A stretch of DNA of 59,239 nt from a virus. Taxonomy: Duplodnaviria; Caudoviricetes. This document shows, piece after piece, positions 34,937-44,918 of the stretch. Positions within the stretch are counted from its first letter, which is position 1, and the number at the start of each line of letters is the position of its first letter. The notes beneath the pieces were generated by a model. It was not told the origin of the DNA. It made no database searches and saw only the letters and a program-made list of their open reading frames with translations. Location: positions 1-59,239 of IMG/VR virus record IMGVR_UViG_3300030104_003308; one strand, given 5' to 3'. The translations under genes were made by a program, and so were the position numbers.

Positions 34937-37195
34937 TTACTGATCGGCTAGAACTGCTTCTTCAATTCTTTTGTATCTGTCTTCACCCCAAATTTGTTTG
35001 GCTATTTCTTTAGCCTTTTCATTTGTTAAAATCCACTCGATAGGCGTGTCTACAAAATCCTGATAATTAAATTCTACACCATCAATCTTTGCATTTAAGC
35101 CAAGCTCTTGCCAGATTTCTCTAGGTCTGTCGCTTACAAAGAACTCTTCTATTCCTTTTTGTATAATGACTTGTCTATCGGTTAGGTCTTTCCAAGGACT
35201 TCCACCAAAGATATTCCAGTCCATAGCATCTACTGGGATACCCTCAAATTCTGGCCTATTCCGATTAAATGTTAGTTTTGCTTCTAATGCGTCTTGTTCT
35301 TTTTCTTTCTGAGTTCTATTGTCAGTAAGAGCCCTGTCATTGGCTGAGTTATTAGCTGGCTGTAAGGTTTCGGCTGTATTGGTTAGCTCTTCAATTTTTG
35401 CGTCAATGTCTGATAAATCAAAATCTTCAACACCAGAGAATAGATTGTTTATAACATTCTGGTCATATTGTTTTCCGTCTATATCTCTCCAAGCTCTTCG
35501 GTCATCATAGTTTCTTTCTATGGTTTTGCCTAAACCTTCAGTCCATGATTTGTATTGAGTCTTTAAATTATTCAAGACACGAATAGCTGATTGAACTTCC
35601 TCTTTGGTTGTTGCATTAGCCACACCATCTACTACTGTTTGAGCTTGTTCTATTAAACTGTCCTGACTGCTTTGAATATGAGTTTCAAGGTCTTTTTTGT
35701 AGTCACCAAAAGTAGTTCTTGACAGTGGTCTAAGACCTGACATTTCTTCGATTTGACTTTGCATTTGAGATAATGGAGTACCTCCATTATCTTGAAGAAA
35801 AGCCTCAAGAGCGTTTTTCATTTGACCAACATTATTAAGAACGTCTTCTCCAAGTCCTTCTGCTCCTTGAGCAAATTCAAGAATTAAACTAGTTGTTCTC
35901 TCGTCCATAAACCATCTGCTTGATATATGATTAACAATAGTTGGAAGAGTTGCTATATTTCCAGCTAGAACTTTACCCTCACCACCAGAAAATATCTTGC
36001 TGGCCTTGTCTGCATTTTGTGTTTTTAGCTCCGTTATAGAAACTTTTCTTTGTTCATTTACGTCTTTCTTACGTTGCCATTCCAGACCATCTAAAGTGTC
36101 TTGGTTTATACCTACCATAGTAGCAATTCGATTATCAAGAAACTTATCTAATTTTGCTTTACCAGTAGCATTGTTCCAGCCTTCACCAGAAATCATGTAA
36201 CCAAAATCTTTCAGAATTTTTTCCTTTGCTACATCTTTACCTTGAGAGCGTATTACATTTGTAATAATCTCCATTATAGTTTCCCGATCTATTAATTCGC
36301 CCAATTTAGTGAGATCATTAGCCATATCTTCGTCAACCCTTTGGTCATATCGCTCTTTACCTGCATTATAAATTTTATCTAACCAATCGCCTTCTTTTAA
36401 TTTATCTACGTAAGGGCTATTTTTTATCTGGCTTTCGATAATCGCTTGAGCTTCTGCTGGAGTGTTGTACTGATTAGACGAATTTTTTTCATTGATTAGC
36501 TTGTTAAATTTTTCAGAATATTTTTCTATTTCCTCATTAACTTTTTGAGTTACCTCTTGTTCTTTGGCTGTTTTAAGATTGTTATATACTTGTTCGGCAA
36601 CAGCTTTAGGTAAATTGGTCACTTGCTGAAAAGCCTCAAGAGTTCCATACGTTCCGATAGGAAGAGTTTCAAAATAATTTTTACCCAGACCTAAGTTTTC
36701 ATTAACTCGATTAGCTATCGCCTGATCCCTAGCTTCTCCTGTCATAATAGCATTGAAATTAATTCCTAAGTCTTTTAACTCTGGACGCATATTTAAAAAG
36801 TCATCTACTGCTTTAGTATAATCATATCCAGGTATGCCTTGTTGGTTGTTCGTCTTTTTAAGATCAATTAAATAGTTTTCTATTTCAGGAGCTAAGTCTT
36901 TTTCTATCTTTCTTCTTTCTTGATAACGCTTAAAAGCTAAAGTCTTTTGACGCTCTGCTTCTCTTGCTGCATTACTGGCTGCAATTCTTTGAAGAACTTC
37001 TTTTCCAGGTGCTCCACCTGCAATGTAATTATTGCCACCAGAATGTTGGTCAATAAAATTTTGAAAGTCTGCGACAGTTGCTAAAGGATTACTTTTCTTA
37101 AACGCCTCAAAGGCTTCAGCCATTTGCTGTCTTTGACCACGTCTGTAATCAAATCTGTCGGCTGTCTGACCAACTATGTTAGCTAAGTTTACCAT
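34937..37195 (-). CDS. Putative internal virion protein
   Basis: Long helical ORF in the ejection-protein position. Confidence 0.6.
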   Translation of the reverse strand: MVNLANIVGQTADRFDYRRGQRQQMAEAFEAFKKSNPLATVADFQNFIDQHSGGNNYIAGGAPGKEVLQRIAASNAAREAERQKTLAFKRYQERRKIEKDLAPEIENYLIDLKKTNNQQGIPGYDYTKAVDDFLNMRPELKDLGINFNAIMTGEARDQAIANRVNENLGLGKNYFETLPIGTYGTLEAFQQVTNLPKAVAEQVYNNLKTAKEQEVTQKVNEEIEKYSEKFNKLINEKNSSNQYNTPAEAQAIIESQIKNSPYVDKLKEGDWLDKIYNAGKERYDQRVDEDMANDLTKLGELIDRETIMEIITNVIRSQGKDVAKEKILKDFGYMISGEGWNNATGKAKLDKFLDNRIATMVGINQDTLDGLEWQRKKDVNEQRKVSITELKTQNADKASKIFSGGEGKVLAGNIATLPTIVNHISSRWFMDERTTSLILEFAQGAEGLGEDVLNNVGQMKNALEAFLQDNGGTPLSQMQSQIEEMSGLRPLSRTTFGDYKKDLETHIQSSQDSLIEQAQTVVDGVANATTKEEVQSAIRVLNNLKTQYKSWTEGLGKTIERNYDDRRAWRDIDGKQYDQNVINNLFSGVEDFDLSDIDAKIEELTNTAETLQPANNSANDRALTDNRTQKEKEQDALEAKLTFNRNRPEFEGIPVDAMDWNIFGGSPWKDLTDRQVIIQKGIEEFFVSDRPREIWQELGLNAKIDGVEFNYQDFVDTPIEWILTNEKAKEIAKQIWGEDRYKRIEEAVLADQ

Positions 37196-38553
37196 TTGTT
37201 TGCACCTATCATCCAATCTCCAAATACTTTAGAGAAGTTTTCACTTACTGTATCTCCTCTCTTGAGGGTATTTTCTAAATAGTTAGTTGCTCCTGTGAGC
37301 ATATTACCTGCTACTGAACTTGGGTTGCCCCAGTTTTGTGTGTTGTATCCATAAACAGCAGACGGCATACTCATGCCCTGATTTGTACCCATGCGTCCTA
37401 ACCCTTGACCAGTTAATCCTGACATCCCTGTTCCTAAGTTAGTGTATCCGTCCATCATACCACTTCTTAATCCATACTTGTCTTGGAAATTATTAGCTGA
37501 ACTTCCGATTGATCGGTCATAGATGCCAGACATTGGCTGATAGTTCATATAACCAAGAGCAGAAGGTGCGTTAGGAAGGTTTGTCATTTCATTGATTCCA
37601 GCACCAAATACATTTCCGTATTGCCCTAACTGTTGATCTCTCGAAGCCAGAATTGTATTGAGGTCTGTGTTTCTAAGGTTCTGTTGCCCACCAATGTAAG
37701 TCATAGCATCATCATAGGCTTTAAACCTTGCCTTCTGATACTCGTCAGCCAATCGACTTGCAACATCTGATCGTACCGAATTAGCCTGAGTGGAGTTGTC
37801 CATTCCTCCTCTTATGAGATCAGCTTCTGAAACAGACGCAACTCTATCGGCTGCTCGATCTACGTCTGAGATATACTGATCTGTACGTCTTGAAATTTCA
37901 CTATCTATTTCCTCTTGTGTTATCGGCTGAACATCTGGGACATCTTGAAGACCAGCATAAGTATCTTGCAATCCAGTCTGCAATCCTCTGATGTCGTCCA
38001 TTATCCTTTCTCGCTGGCTCATAACAGCATTACGTTCTTGCATTGCCTGTATTCTGGCATTGTTAAATTCTGACAACTGAAATTGTCTTTCAATTTCTTT
38101 TTGAGCTTTTGCTGTTTCAAAGCGTCTTTGATCTTCGTCACGCTCACCTGCTGCAATCGCTTTAGCTTCTTCGAGTTGTGCTAACGCAAACTTTCTTTCT
38201 TGCTGTGAGATTTGTTGGTTCTGTAAATACTGCTCCATCTTAAAAGCAAATTGTCTTGCAGCTTCTTTATCCATTGCAAGCATACGATCAATTTCAAATT
38301 GACGTTCTTTCAAAAGATTAGCTTTGTACTCTTCTAATTCACTTTCAGCAAACGTCCTTTCGTCTGCCTGTATCCCTCTGTTAAGGGCATCTATTTCACG
38401 AGTGTAATCTTTTTCATCTTGCCTCCAATCCATCATAGTATCGAAAGCGTAACGATTAAATTCACTTGCTTGATCGTAAGACTTTTGAGCCTTATTAGAA
38501 GCACTCATCTGCTGTAATAAACCAAGTCCACCTAGTACGAGTGACCATGCCAT
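37189..38553 (-). CDS. Putative internal virion protein
   Basis: Hydrophobic/Gly N-terminus, Q/E/R coiled coil, G/M/N-rich tail. Confidence 0.6.
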   Translation of the reverse strand: MAWSLVLGGLGLLQQMSASNKAQKSYDQASEFNRYAFDTMMDWRQDEKDYTREIDALNRGIQADERTFAESELEEYKANLLKERQFEIDRMLAMDKEAARQFAFKMEQYLQNQQISQQERKFALAQLEEAKAIAAGERDEDQRRFETAKAQKEIERQFQLSEFNNARIQAMQERNAVMSQRERIMDDIRGLQTGLQDTYAGLQDVPDVQPITQEEIDSEISRRTDQYISDVDRAADRVASVSEADLIRGGMDNSTQANSVRSDVASRLADEYQKARFKAYDDAMTYIGGQQNLRNTDLNTILASRDQQLGQYGNVFGAGINEMTNLPNAPSALGYMNYQPMSGIYDRSIGSSANNFQDKYGLRSGMMDGYTNLGTGMSGLTGQGLGRMGTNQGMSMPSAVYGYNTQNWGNPSSVAGNMLTGATNYLENTLKRGDTVSENFSKVFGDWMIGANKW

Positions 38554-38556
38554 ATT

Positions 38557-40932
38557 TTAAAACCTTAATATGTTTTGAGAGAACGCACTGCCAATATTAT
38601 TACCAGCCATAAGTTCTTCCTCATCCTCATTATATAATCCATATCCTGTGTTTATTGTTGATAGTGGATCGACTAACCTGTAATCAGCAAACTGGTAATC
38701 GTTTAGGTCTGAACTAGCCCTTGTCATTCTGTCTGCCACATTTTGTTCATCTTGCTCGATAGTCTTTAATCTATTTGACAATTCAGCAACAATATCACCT
38801 CGCTCATCATAAGCTTGTTGAGCTCTATATTGGCTAATCTCGTCTGCTATTGGATTCCATTCATCGGAATACTGATCGTATAATTCTCTGTTTGTGTTTG
38901 CACCTTCCAGACGACTCAAGAAATCAACAGCACTATCTTCCAATCCTCCACGATACTGACCTAATTCAAAAAGTTTATCGTCAACATTTTTTGTGTATGT
39001 ATCTAAGTCACCATAAATATCATCCACAGTTCCACCTGAATACATTCCCAAGTCATCACCAGCAAAACCCAAATCTCTTTTTATTCTATTGAAAGCGTCT
39101 TCCTCCCAAAGATTAAGTCCACTAAACCCTGAATATGCGTCTGAAATATCTCCCTTAATATTCTTTAAGTTTCTAGTTCTTTCGGCTAATATTTCATTCA
39201 AATAGTTTTGAGCGTTAGTATATTCAGAAGTAGCTCCTGAGAAATCGAAAGGCATACTGGATTGAAACCCAGAGATGTCTCCAAGACCACCAGTTATTTG
39301 TGACTGTAAAGAATCAAGGGCTGCCTTAGAATAAGGGTTTGCCCCAAGTACCTGACCAGAGATTGATTGAGCGTCTGCGAGTTCTTGAGCTACAGCAGAT
39401 TGTATTCTTTGTTGCTCGGCTGCTCTTGCAGCTTCGGCAGCCTGAATACCTGCGTTTGCTTTTGCCATAGCATTTGATACACCTGACTGCTCATAAAGCG
39501 TTTGTATTTGAGCGTCTGTCAGACCAGAATTATTTCCTATTGTTTCAATTTGCTGGACTATCTGGTTAAGCTGGGCTTTTGCCCCAGCAGGGTCGTTTAG
39601 GTTTAAGTTGCTTATTGTTTCATTAAGACCTGCTGTATCAAGGTTGCTCCAAGCGTCTGTAACGCCAGTAGTGGCAGTATTATAGTTGCCAATGATATTA
39701 TCTAATGCTGCTATGTTTGACTGGTATGTAGTATTATAGGGATTAGCATTGCCTGTAAGACCCAAAAGTGTATGGTCTAATCCAGTGTCATATTTAAAAT
39801 CAATATTATCTTTTTGCAGTTGAGTTTTTAGAGCTTGTGCTCCAGTAGCGTCCATATTTCCTAAACCAGCAATATCTATTGCAGCTAAATCACCTTCTTT
39901 GTTGTAGTCTAAAAGTGCGTTTTGATTCCCTGCTATTGCTGAATGTAAATTAGTTTCTAAGCCTGAACGTATATTGTCTAGCCCTTGATATTGGTTAAGA
40001 AGGGACTGTATATCTGATGTGTTTGTGTAGCTACCACTATCTAAAGCACCTTGCAAATCATCTATTGCACTACTTATATAAGTTGCTGTTGGTGTAAACC
40101 CAGTGCCATACATATCATACATGTCTGCACCTGCTAACGTATCAGATAAATTACCATATTCGTTTGACAAAGTAGACATATTATAAGGGTTTGATGGTGG
40201 TGGTGGTGGGCTTGTGTTATTATTGTTATTGCTACTATTGTTATTGTTATCGTTCCAATGACCAGAGCTATGTCCGTGAGGATTTTGATGGAAAGCAAGC
40301 TGATCGTCTGTAATATGATCTGGATGGTCACTAGGTAAATTGTTAGCTGCTTCAGGAGTTCTTAGAGTAAAACCTCCTTCGCCTTTATCGTCTGCACCAT
40401 AAGTCCATGTGTCTGCACCAAACCAGTTACCATCATTATTGCTTGCATTTGCTGGATTGCTTCCACCAAAAAAATCACTGATACCACTAAATATATCCCA
40501 ATATTCTTTAACCCCATCATCGTCTGAATCTACACCAGCACCACCAAAGGCTTTCAGTATCTCTCCCTCTTCTGGCGTGATGTAAGACAATTCATGCTCT
40601 TCTCCCATGATTGTTTTTTGTTGAGGAGTTTGCATATCTTGAGGTTGTTGCCTACTTAATCCAAGGATAGGGTGGTTGGTAAGATATTGCTGTATTGTTC
40701 CATTAGGGTCGGTTGCATAACTTTGCCAGTCATCTATGTTATCAAATAAATTTTTCATTACATCTGTTGTAAAATTAGACACTTTATTCGCTCCTTGAAT
40801 TGGGTAATCCCAGTAAAGTTTTTTTAATCTTTGACCTGCCCAAGTAAAATCCTCTGACATATCTTGTTTAGCTAACTCCCAAGCCTCCATAGTTCTTTGC
40901 CAGTCTTTCTCTCTTTTTGTAAGCTCAGTCAT
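38557..40932 (-). CDS. Putative internal virion protein
   Basis: HELSYITPEEGEILKAFGGAG motif, N/P low-complexity tract. Confidence 0.6.
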   Translation of the reverse strand: MTELTKREKDWQRTMEAWELAKQDMSEDFTWAGQRLKKLYWDYPIQGANKVSNFTTDVMKNLFDNIDDWQSYATDPNGTIQQYLTNHPILGLSRQQPQDMQTPQQKTIMGEEHELSYITPEEGEILKAFGGAGVDSDDDGVKEYWDIFSGISDFFGGSNPANASNNDGNWFGADTWTYGADDKGEGGFTLRTPEAANNLPSDHPDHITDDQLAFHQNPHGHSSGHWNDNNNNSSNNNNNTSPPPPPSNPYNMSTLSNEYGNLSDTLAGADMYDMYGTGFTPTATYISSAIDDLQGALDSGSYTNTSDIQSLLNQYQGLDNIRSGLETNLHSAIAGNQNALLDYNKEGDLAAIDIAGLGNMDATGAQALKTQLQKDNIDFKYDTGLDHTLLGLTGNANPYNTTYQSNIAALDNIIGNYNTATTGVTDAWSNLDTAGLNETISNLNLNDPAGAKAQLNQIVQQIETIGNNSGLTDAQIQTLYEQSGVSNAMAKANAGIQAAEAARAAEQQRIQSAVAQELADAQSISGQVLGANPYSKAALDSLQSQITGGLGDISGFQSSMPFDFSGATSEYTNAQNYLNEILAERTRNLKNIKGDISDAYSGFSGLNLWEEDAFNRIKRDLGFAGDDLGMYSGGTVDDIYGDLDTYTKNVDDKLFELGQYRGGLEDSAVDFLSRLEGANTNRELYDQYSDEWNPIADEISQYRAQQAYDERGDIVAELSNRLKTIEQDEQNVADRMTRASSDLNDYQFADYRLVDPLSTINTGYGLYNEDEEELMAGNNIGSAFSQNILRF

Positions 40933-40940
40933 TTTTACTC

Positions 40941-42515
40941 CTAACTTGCAATCACACTATACTGGAAAGTTACCTCAAGGTCTTGAGCAGATGAATCATT
41001 TGATGTAATAAACCCAAAATCTTTAGCTGTGCTTGTGCAATCTATTTCAAGATTTGGGGTGACTGTTGTATCCAGTCCAGCCGTTGTTGCATTGAACGTC
41101 TGCGAACCTGCTGCTGCACCAAGAACCATTGGTTCTACTGTGATTGTACCATTACTTGTTGCAACTGAAATTCCTGTTATCCTCACTTTAATTCCCCAAA
41201 ATTTCATCATTGTAAAGCTGGCATTTCCAGGTGCTGAAAGTTTTAAGTACAAGTTATTTGTTGATAATACTGATGAGAGTTGTGCAGACGGAAGTTTTCC
41301 ATTTGAATCCAGAGAAGCGACACCATTGGCTGCACCTCTTTGAGAAGTTGCAATGACAGACGATAGATCAACAGTTCCATATTCTAAAGCTGTTCCTGTC
41401 CCATTAACCCTTACATACTTTGAGGCATCTGTTGTCGTAAAGGTTGGGAGCGTACTGTCTGGTGATGTCTGTAACCATTGTGTACCAGTATAAAACTTCA
41501 AGATGTTTGGTGTCTGGCTTGTGTCGAGCCAAAGATCAGAAGTCGCAGGTGTTGCTGGCGTAGAGGCTGATGTTGTTATTTTTGCTTTTGCCCCAAGATC
41601 AGTTGCTAAATTACTCACTTTTGTCTGTGGTATTTCGTTATTATCAACTTCAACCTTGGCGTAATCTATTAAACCTGAAGCTGTATTTACAAAAGCTTCC
41701 TCCATCATCAAGCCAGTCACGGCTGTTGTACTGGTGTTTTCTACAGTTATGATTGAAACAAGGTTTCCATTTGTCACTGTGCTAGTAAAGGTAACAACAT
41801 TATTTACAGGGCTTGTTGTATAATCGAAACTTCCACCTTCTCTTTGAAGAATACCATTTTTATAAACCTGAAGTTTAGTACCTTCATCGTGAACAAATGG
41901 AAATTGTATCTGCGTACCACTAACAACGAAGTTTTGACGATTATAACCTGTGATAGAGGTCGCTCTTATTTTGAAAATGGTAACAAGAGTATTGGCATTG
42001 ACATAAGGAGATGGATCAAAAGTTACAGCACCTGTTGATAATGAACCTCCTGTCGCTGACTTTGTGTAGTCACCTACGCCAACTGCACCTTCTCTTTGTA
42101 AAACACCATCAACATAAACGAGTAAATCATCTGTAACGTCATGGGCATAATCAAATACTGTCTGACCACTAGTCGGATTAACGTCATGTCTGCTGTGAAG
42201 AATAGGTGCTCCGATTGTTCCAGCATTTGAGCCAGAAGCTCCTCTTAGGTCTGCCATAGTAGCAATCGTTGTCCAGCCAGCAGTGTCGTCTGTGTATGAT
42301 CCAACTCGGTATTGTATACCAGAGGCTACGTCTTTTCGCATTTCTATTGGACCTTGCCAGACGCCATTAGCGTCAAATAATATGGCTAAAAGCTCGCCAA
42401 TAGTTTTCTCACCAAGTTCAGCAGCATTGACGTATCTTACAAGATTTTCAAACTCTGTGTTGATATTGCTAGAAGAACCATAATTTTGTGAATATTGCTG
42501 TCTTAGTCTTGCCAT
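40941..42515 (-). CDS. Tail fibre-like structural protein
   Basis: Repeated VYVDGVLQ / VYKNGILQ, DLWLDTS, ANGVASLDSNGKLP. Confidence 0.7.
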   Translation of the reverse strand: MARLRQQYSQNYGSSSNINTEFENLVRYVNAAELGEKTIGELLAILFDANGVWQGPIEMRKDVASGIQYRVGSYTDDTAGWTTIATMADLRGASGSNAGTIGAPILHSRHDVNPTSGQTVFDYAHDVTDDLLVYVDGVLQREGAVGVGDYTKSATGGSLSTGAVTFDPSPYVNANTLVTIFKIRATSITGYNRQNFVVSGTQIQFPFVHDEGTKLQVYKNGILQREGGSFDYTTSPVNNVVTFTSTVTNGNLVSIITVENTSTTAVTGLMMEEAFVNTASGLIDYAKVEVDNNEIPQTKVSNLATDLGAKAKITTSASTPATPATSDLWLDTSQTPNILKFYTGTQWLQTSPDSTLPTFTTTDASKYVRVNGTGTALEYGTVDLSSVIATSQRGAANGVASLDSNGKLPSAQLSSVLSTNNLYLKLSAPGNASFTMMKFWGIKVRITGISVATSNGTITVEPMVLGAAAGSQTFNATTAGLDTTVTPNLEIDCTSTAKDFGFITSNDSSAQDLEVTFQYSVIAS

Positions 42516-42523
42516 TTTTTATC

Positions 42524-44023
42524 TCACTTTTTTACGTTTACTGCAAAGCCAATAAGCCGAAGGACACCTCCACCTCCTTCAGCTTTAAAGCTGTATTGGG
42601 CTGCTTTGTACCTATAGCTCCACTTTCTTTCATATTGTTTGGATAATGGCACACCAACGAAGTAGTTGTCGTCCGTTGTGTCGTCCACTTCAAATAGAAG
42701 AGAGCCTATTTGATTTCCGTCCAAGTCTTGGGCTTCCATCGTAATTGTGCCTTTACCTGCTGCTTGGACAATAACGCTGTGTGTATCCTTTGTGTCTGTC
42801 AGTGAACCATGCCAGAGCAGGGGTGTCATTATGTTTAAGGTAGGAACAGTTCCAGTTTCGTCTTCTATCTGGTTTACATTGTAAACCCCACCCGAAGTTC
42901 CCAAGACTAACAACCCACCTAAGAAAGAACCACATCTTGAATTTAAAAAATCACCTGTATTAAATTTTGGCTGTGGTTCTCCTCCCTCTGGGTTGAGTGC
43001 AAGCGTAAGACGCTTACATAAAATGTCCCCTGATTGTGGAAAGAATATATGGTATTGTGCATTGTCTTGATCGAAGACAGCAGATATTTTTTGTGGGTCA
43101 TCTACAGAAGCGAAAAGTTCACGATAAAGAATATCAATTTTGTCTGATAGAGAGTAAGAATAAACAAGTATCCCATTTTCTTCTGATCGTTTAATTGAGT
43201 GTATGCCAGATCGTGAACAGAACATCATGTCTGTTCCAGCATTACAAATTGTATTATGGCTTGCACAGCCAATGTTTATGAAAGTATCGTCATCTATTAT
43301 CCAGTTATCAATAGATGGGTCGATCTTGTAAATAATAGCCCTGTCAGCAGTAAATACTGCAAGTCTGTTTTGCTCGAATGAGCCTAATCCAGTTATCTGG
43401 TCTGCCGTTCCTAGTAGATTGGCAACATCTATAAAGCCAGCACGTAATACACTATTGCTATTCTTTGCTTCATCATCAGGGAATATTGAATCGTTGTCTA
43501 CTCTACTTAGATGAACTTGAGTTTCTCGACCAGGTATCCCAGCAACAACCATTCGTCTTTGAGTTGATGTTACAAAAGCAGGGGTAAGCGTATTAAGGTC
43601 GTTTGAAGGATTTCTTGCAAAAGAAGAACCATCATATATGTAAGGGGCTCTTCCTCGGCAAACTATTTGAACACTCTGATTAAAAACAACTGATGAAAGG
43701 ATAGACCCTATTGGATGAACTGCATCTAGGTAGTGTCCATCATCAGACTTAAAGTTAATTCCAGCACCATCTTCCTCTGCATAAACAACCTTGTTTTTTC
43801 CATAGAAGTTTACATGGACAACTTTTTGTGAACCTATCCTGTGAGCAACTGTAGGGTCACGAACAACCTGCCCACGCCAATCACAATAGCCGTTTTCCAG
43901 CTTAACAAGATGCTGTTCTTCCCCTGTGTCTAAAGAAGTAATATCTCTTGAAGTATCTAAACCTTGAAAGTTTTCATAGCTAAATGTTGTTAAAGATACC
44001 CCAGAAGCAGATTGTGTGCTCAT
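42524..44023 (-). CDS. Tail tubular/nozzle protein
   Basis: Beta-rich; F.GLD start; IGCAS..TI; position after the adaptor. Confidence 0.65.
   Translation of the reverse strand: MSTQSASGVSLTTFSYENFQGLDTSRDITSLDTGEEQHLVKLENGYCDWRGQVVRDPTVAHRIGSQKVVHVNFYGKNKVVYAEEDGAGINFKSDDGHYLDAVHPIGSILSSVVFNQSVQIVCRGRAPYIYDGSSFARNPSNDLNTLTPAFVTSTQRRMVVAGIPGRETQVHLSRVDNDSIFPDDEAKNSNSVLRAGFIDVANLLGTADQITGLGSFEQNRLAVFTADRAIIYKIDPSIDNWIIDDDTFINIGCASHNTICNAGTDMMFCSRSGIHSIKRSEENGILVYSYSLSDKIDILYRELFASVDDPQKISAVFDQDNAQYHIFFPQSGDILCKRLTLALNPEGGEPQPKFNTGDFLNSRCGSFLGGLLVLGTSGGVYNVNQIEDETGTVPTLNIMTPLLWHGSLTDTKDTHSVIVQAAGKGTITMEAQDLDGNQIGSLLFEVDDTTDDNYFVGVPLSKQYERKWSYRYKAAQYSFKAEGGGGVLRLIGFAVNVKK
42643..42674 (-). promoter_or_regulatory. 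Late promoter motif GGACGAC-N19-CATTAT
   Basis: About 130 bp upstream of the 42515 start. Confidence 0.45.
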
Positions 44024-44535
44024 GTTGACAGAGTTCCATTATACGTATTGGTCTTTAATTCGTTAATATTTCTTTTGTTTGTCCCATCATCAACAACCCG
44101 AAGTTTAATTTGAGTGTTACCATTGAGCTCGTTCCAAAGCTGTTGGTTCAAGGTTTTGTAATAATTAGGCATATAGATTTGTGTTTTCTCAGACCCTTGC
44201 TGAACAGCATAATGAGCTAAAATACCAGCAACAATAATCTGGTCATCTATTTCTCTTATCTCGTCTGGGGAAGTGTAATAATTAATATCACTGGCACTTG
44301 TTGTTGTAACCTTTTGACCATTCACTGTAGTAGTTGTTGTTGATCTGGCTGCATAAGGGTGTTGTCTAATATCATCTATAACCATGTTGGCAAATTCCAA
44401 GAACATAAGAATAACATCCCCATCAACAGTGCTTGGGTTAAAGTCGCCAAAGCGTCTGAGAGCTTGCATAGCCAAAGTTCTTAAAGGCGAATACTTGGCA
44501 CGGATATGGGGATTGGTATTACTTGTTTCTGCCAT
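44020..44535 (-). CDS. Head-tail adaptor (tail tubular A-like)
   Basis: ALRRFG...FANMVI...IIVAGILAHY; position. Confidence 0.55.
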   Translation of the reverse strand: MAETSNTNPHIRAKYSPLRTLAMQALRRFGDFNPSTVDGDVILMFLEFANMVIDDIRQHPYAARSTTTTTVNGQKVTTTSASDINYYTSPDEIREIDDQIIVAGILAHYAVQQGSEKTQIYMPNYYKTLNQQLWNELNGNTQIKLRVVDDGTNKRNINELKTNTYNGTLST

Positions 44536-44843
44536 TAGGTAGCTTTCCTAACTATTCTTCCATTCATAAAAAAATGATGCTTCTCAAATCTTTCGGTATC
44601 GTCTGCCTGAACTTCGTATTCAAGGCGTCCATTCGTAAAGTTTCTGATAGGGTTAATATCTGCACAAGGAAACATACTAGGTTCTTTTTCCCTACTCTCG
44701 TACCATACTGTCTGAGGTTTAATAGGTTTAACAGGTTTCACAACCTCCTCTTGAACGTATGCTTCATTAATGTCTGGGGTAGATGGGTCATCCTTTTTAT
44801 AATGACCTTTTTCAGTTCTTGCTCTTTTTCTTTTCAAAACCAT
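44535..44843 (-). CDS. Small phage protein with RAR..KG....DDPSTPD.NEAY motif
   Basis: AGGAGG SD; motif typical of marine phage structural regions. Confidence 0.7.
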   Translation of the reverse strand: MVLKRKRARTEKGHYKKDDPSTPDINEAYVQEEVVKPVKPIKPQTVWYESREKEPSMFPCADINPIRNFTNGRLEYEVQADDTERFEKHHFFMNGRIVRKAT

Positions 44844-44861
44844 TTAGTCCTCCTAATGTAA

Positions 44862-44888
44862 TAAAGGGGAGCATAAAGCTCCCCTTTA
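44862..44888 (-). terminator. Terminator after the major capsid gene
   Basis: TAAAGGGGAGC-ATAAA-GCTCCCCTTTA inverted repeat. Confidence 0.75.
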
Positions 44889-44918
44889 ATATGTAGCATT
44901 TTGAAGAGTTGGTCGTCC
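44888..44918 (-). promoter_or_regulatory. Late promoter motif GGACGAC-N18-CATATT
   Basis: Intergenic, directly after the capsid stop. Confidence 0.6.

Noticed and set aside
37993-37999. Extra GGACGAC copies (also 42680, and + strand near 404 and 21584)
   Set aside because: No YANNNT at 18-19 bp and mid-gene; explained by Asp codons or chance
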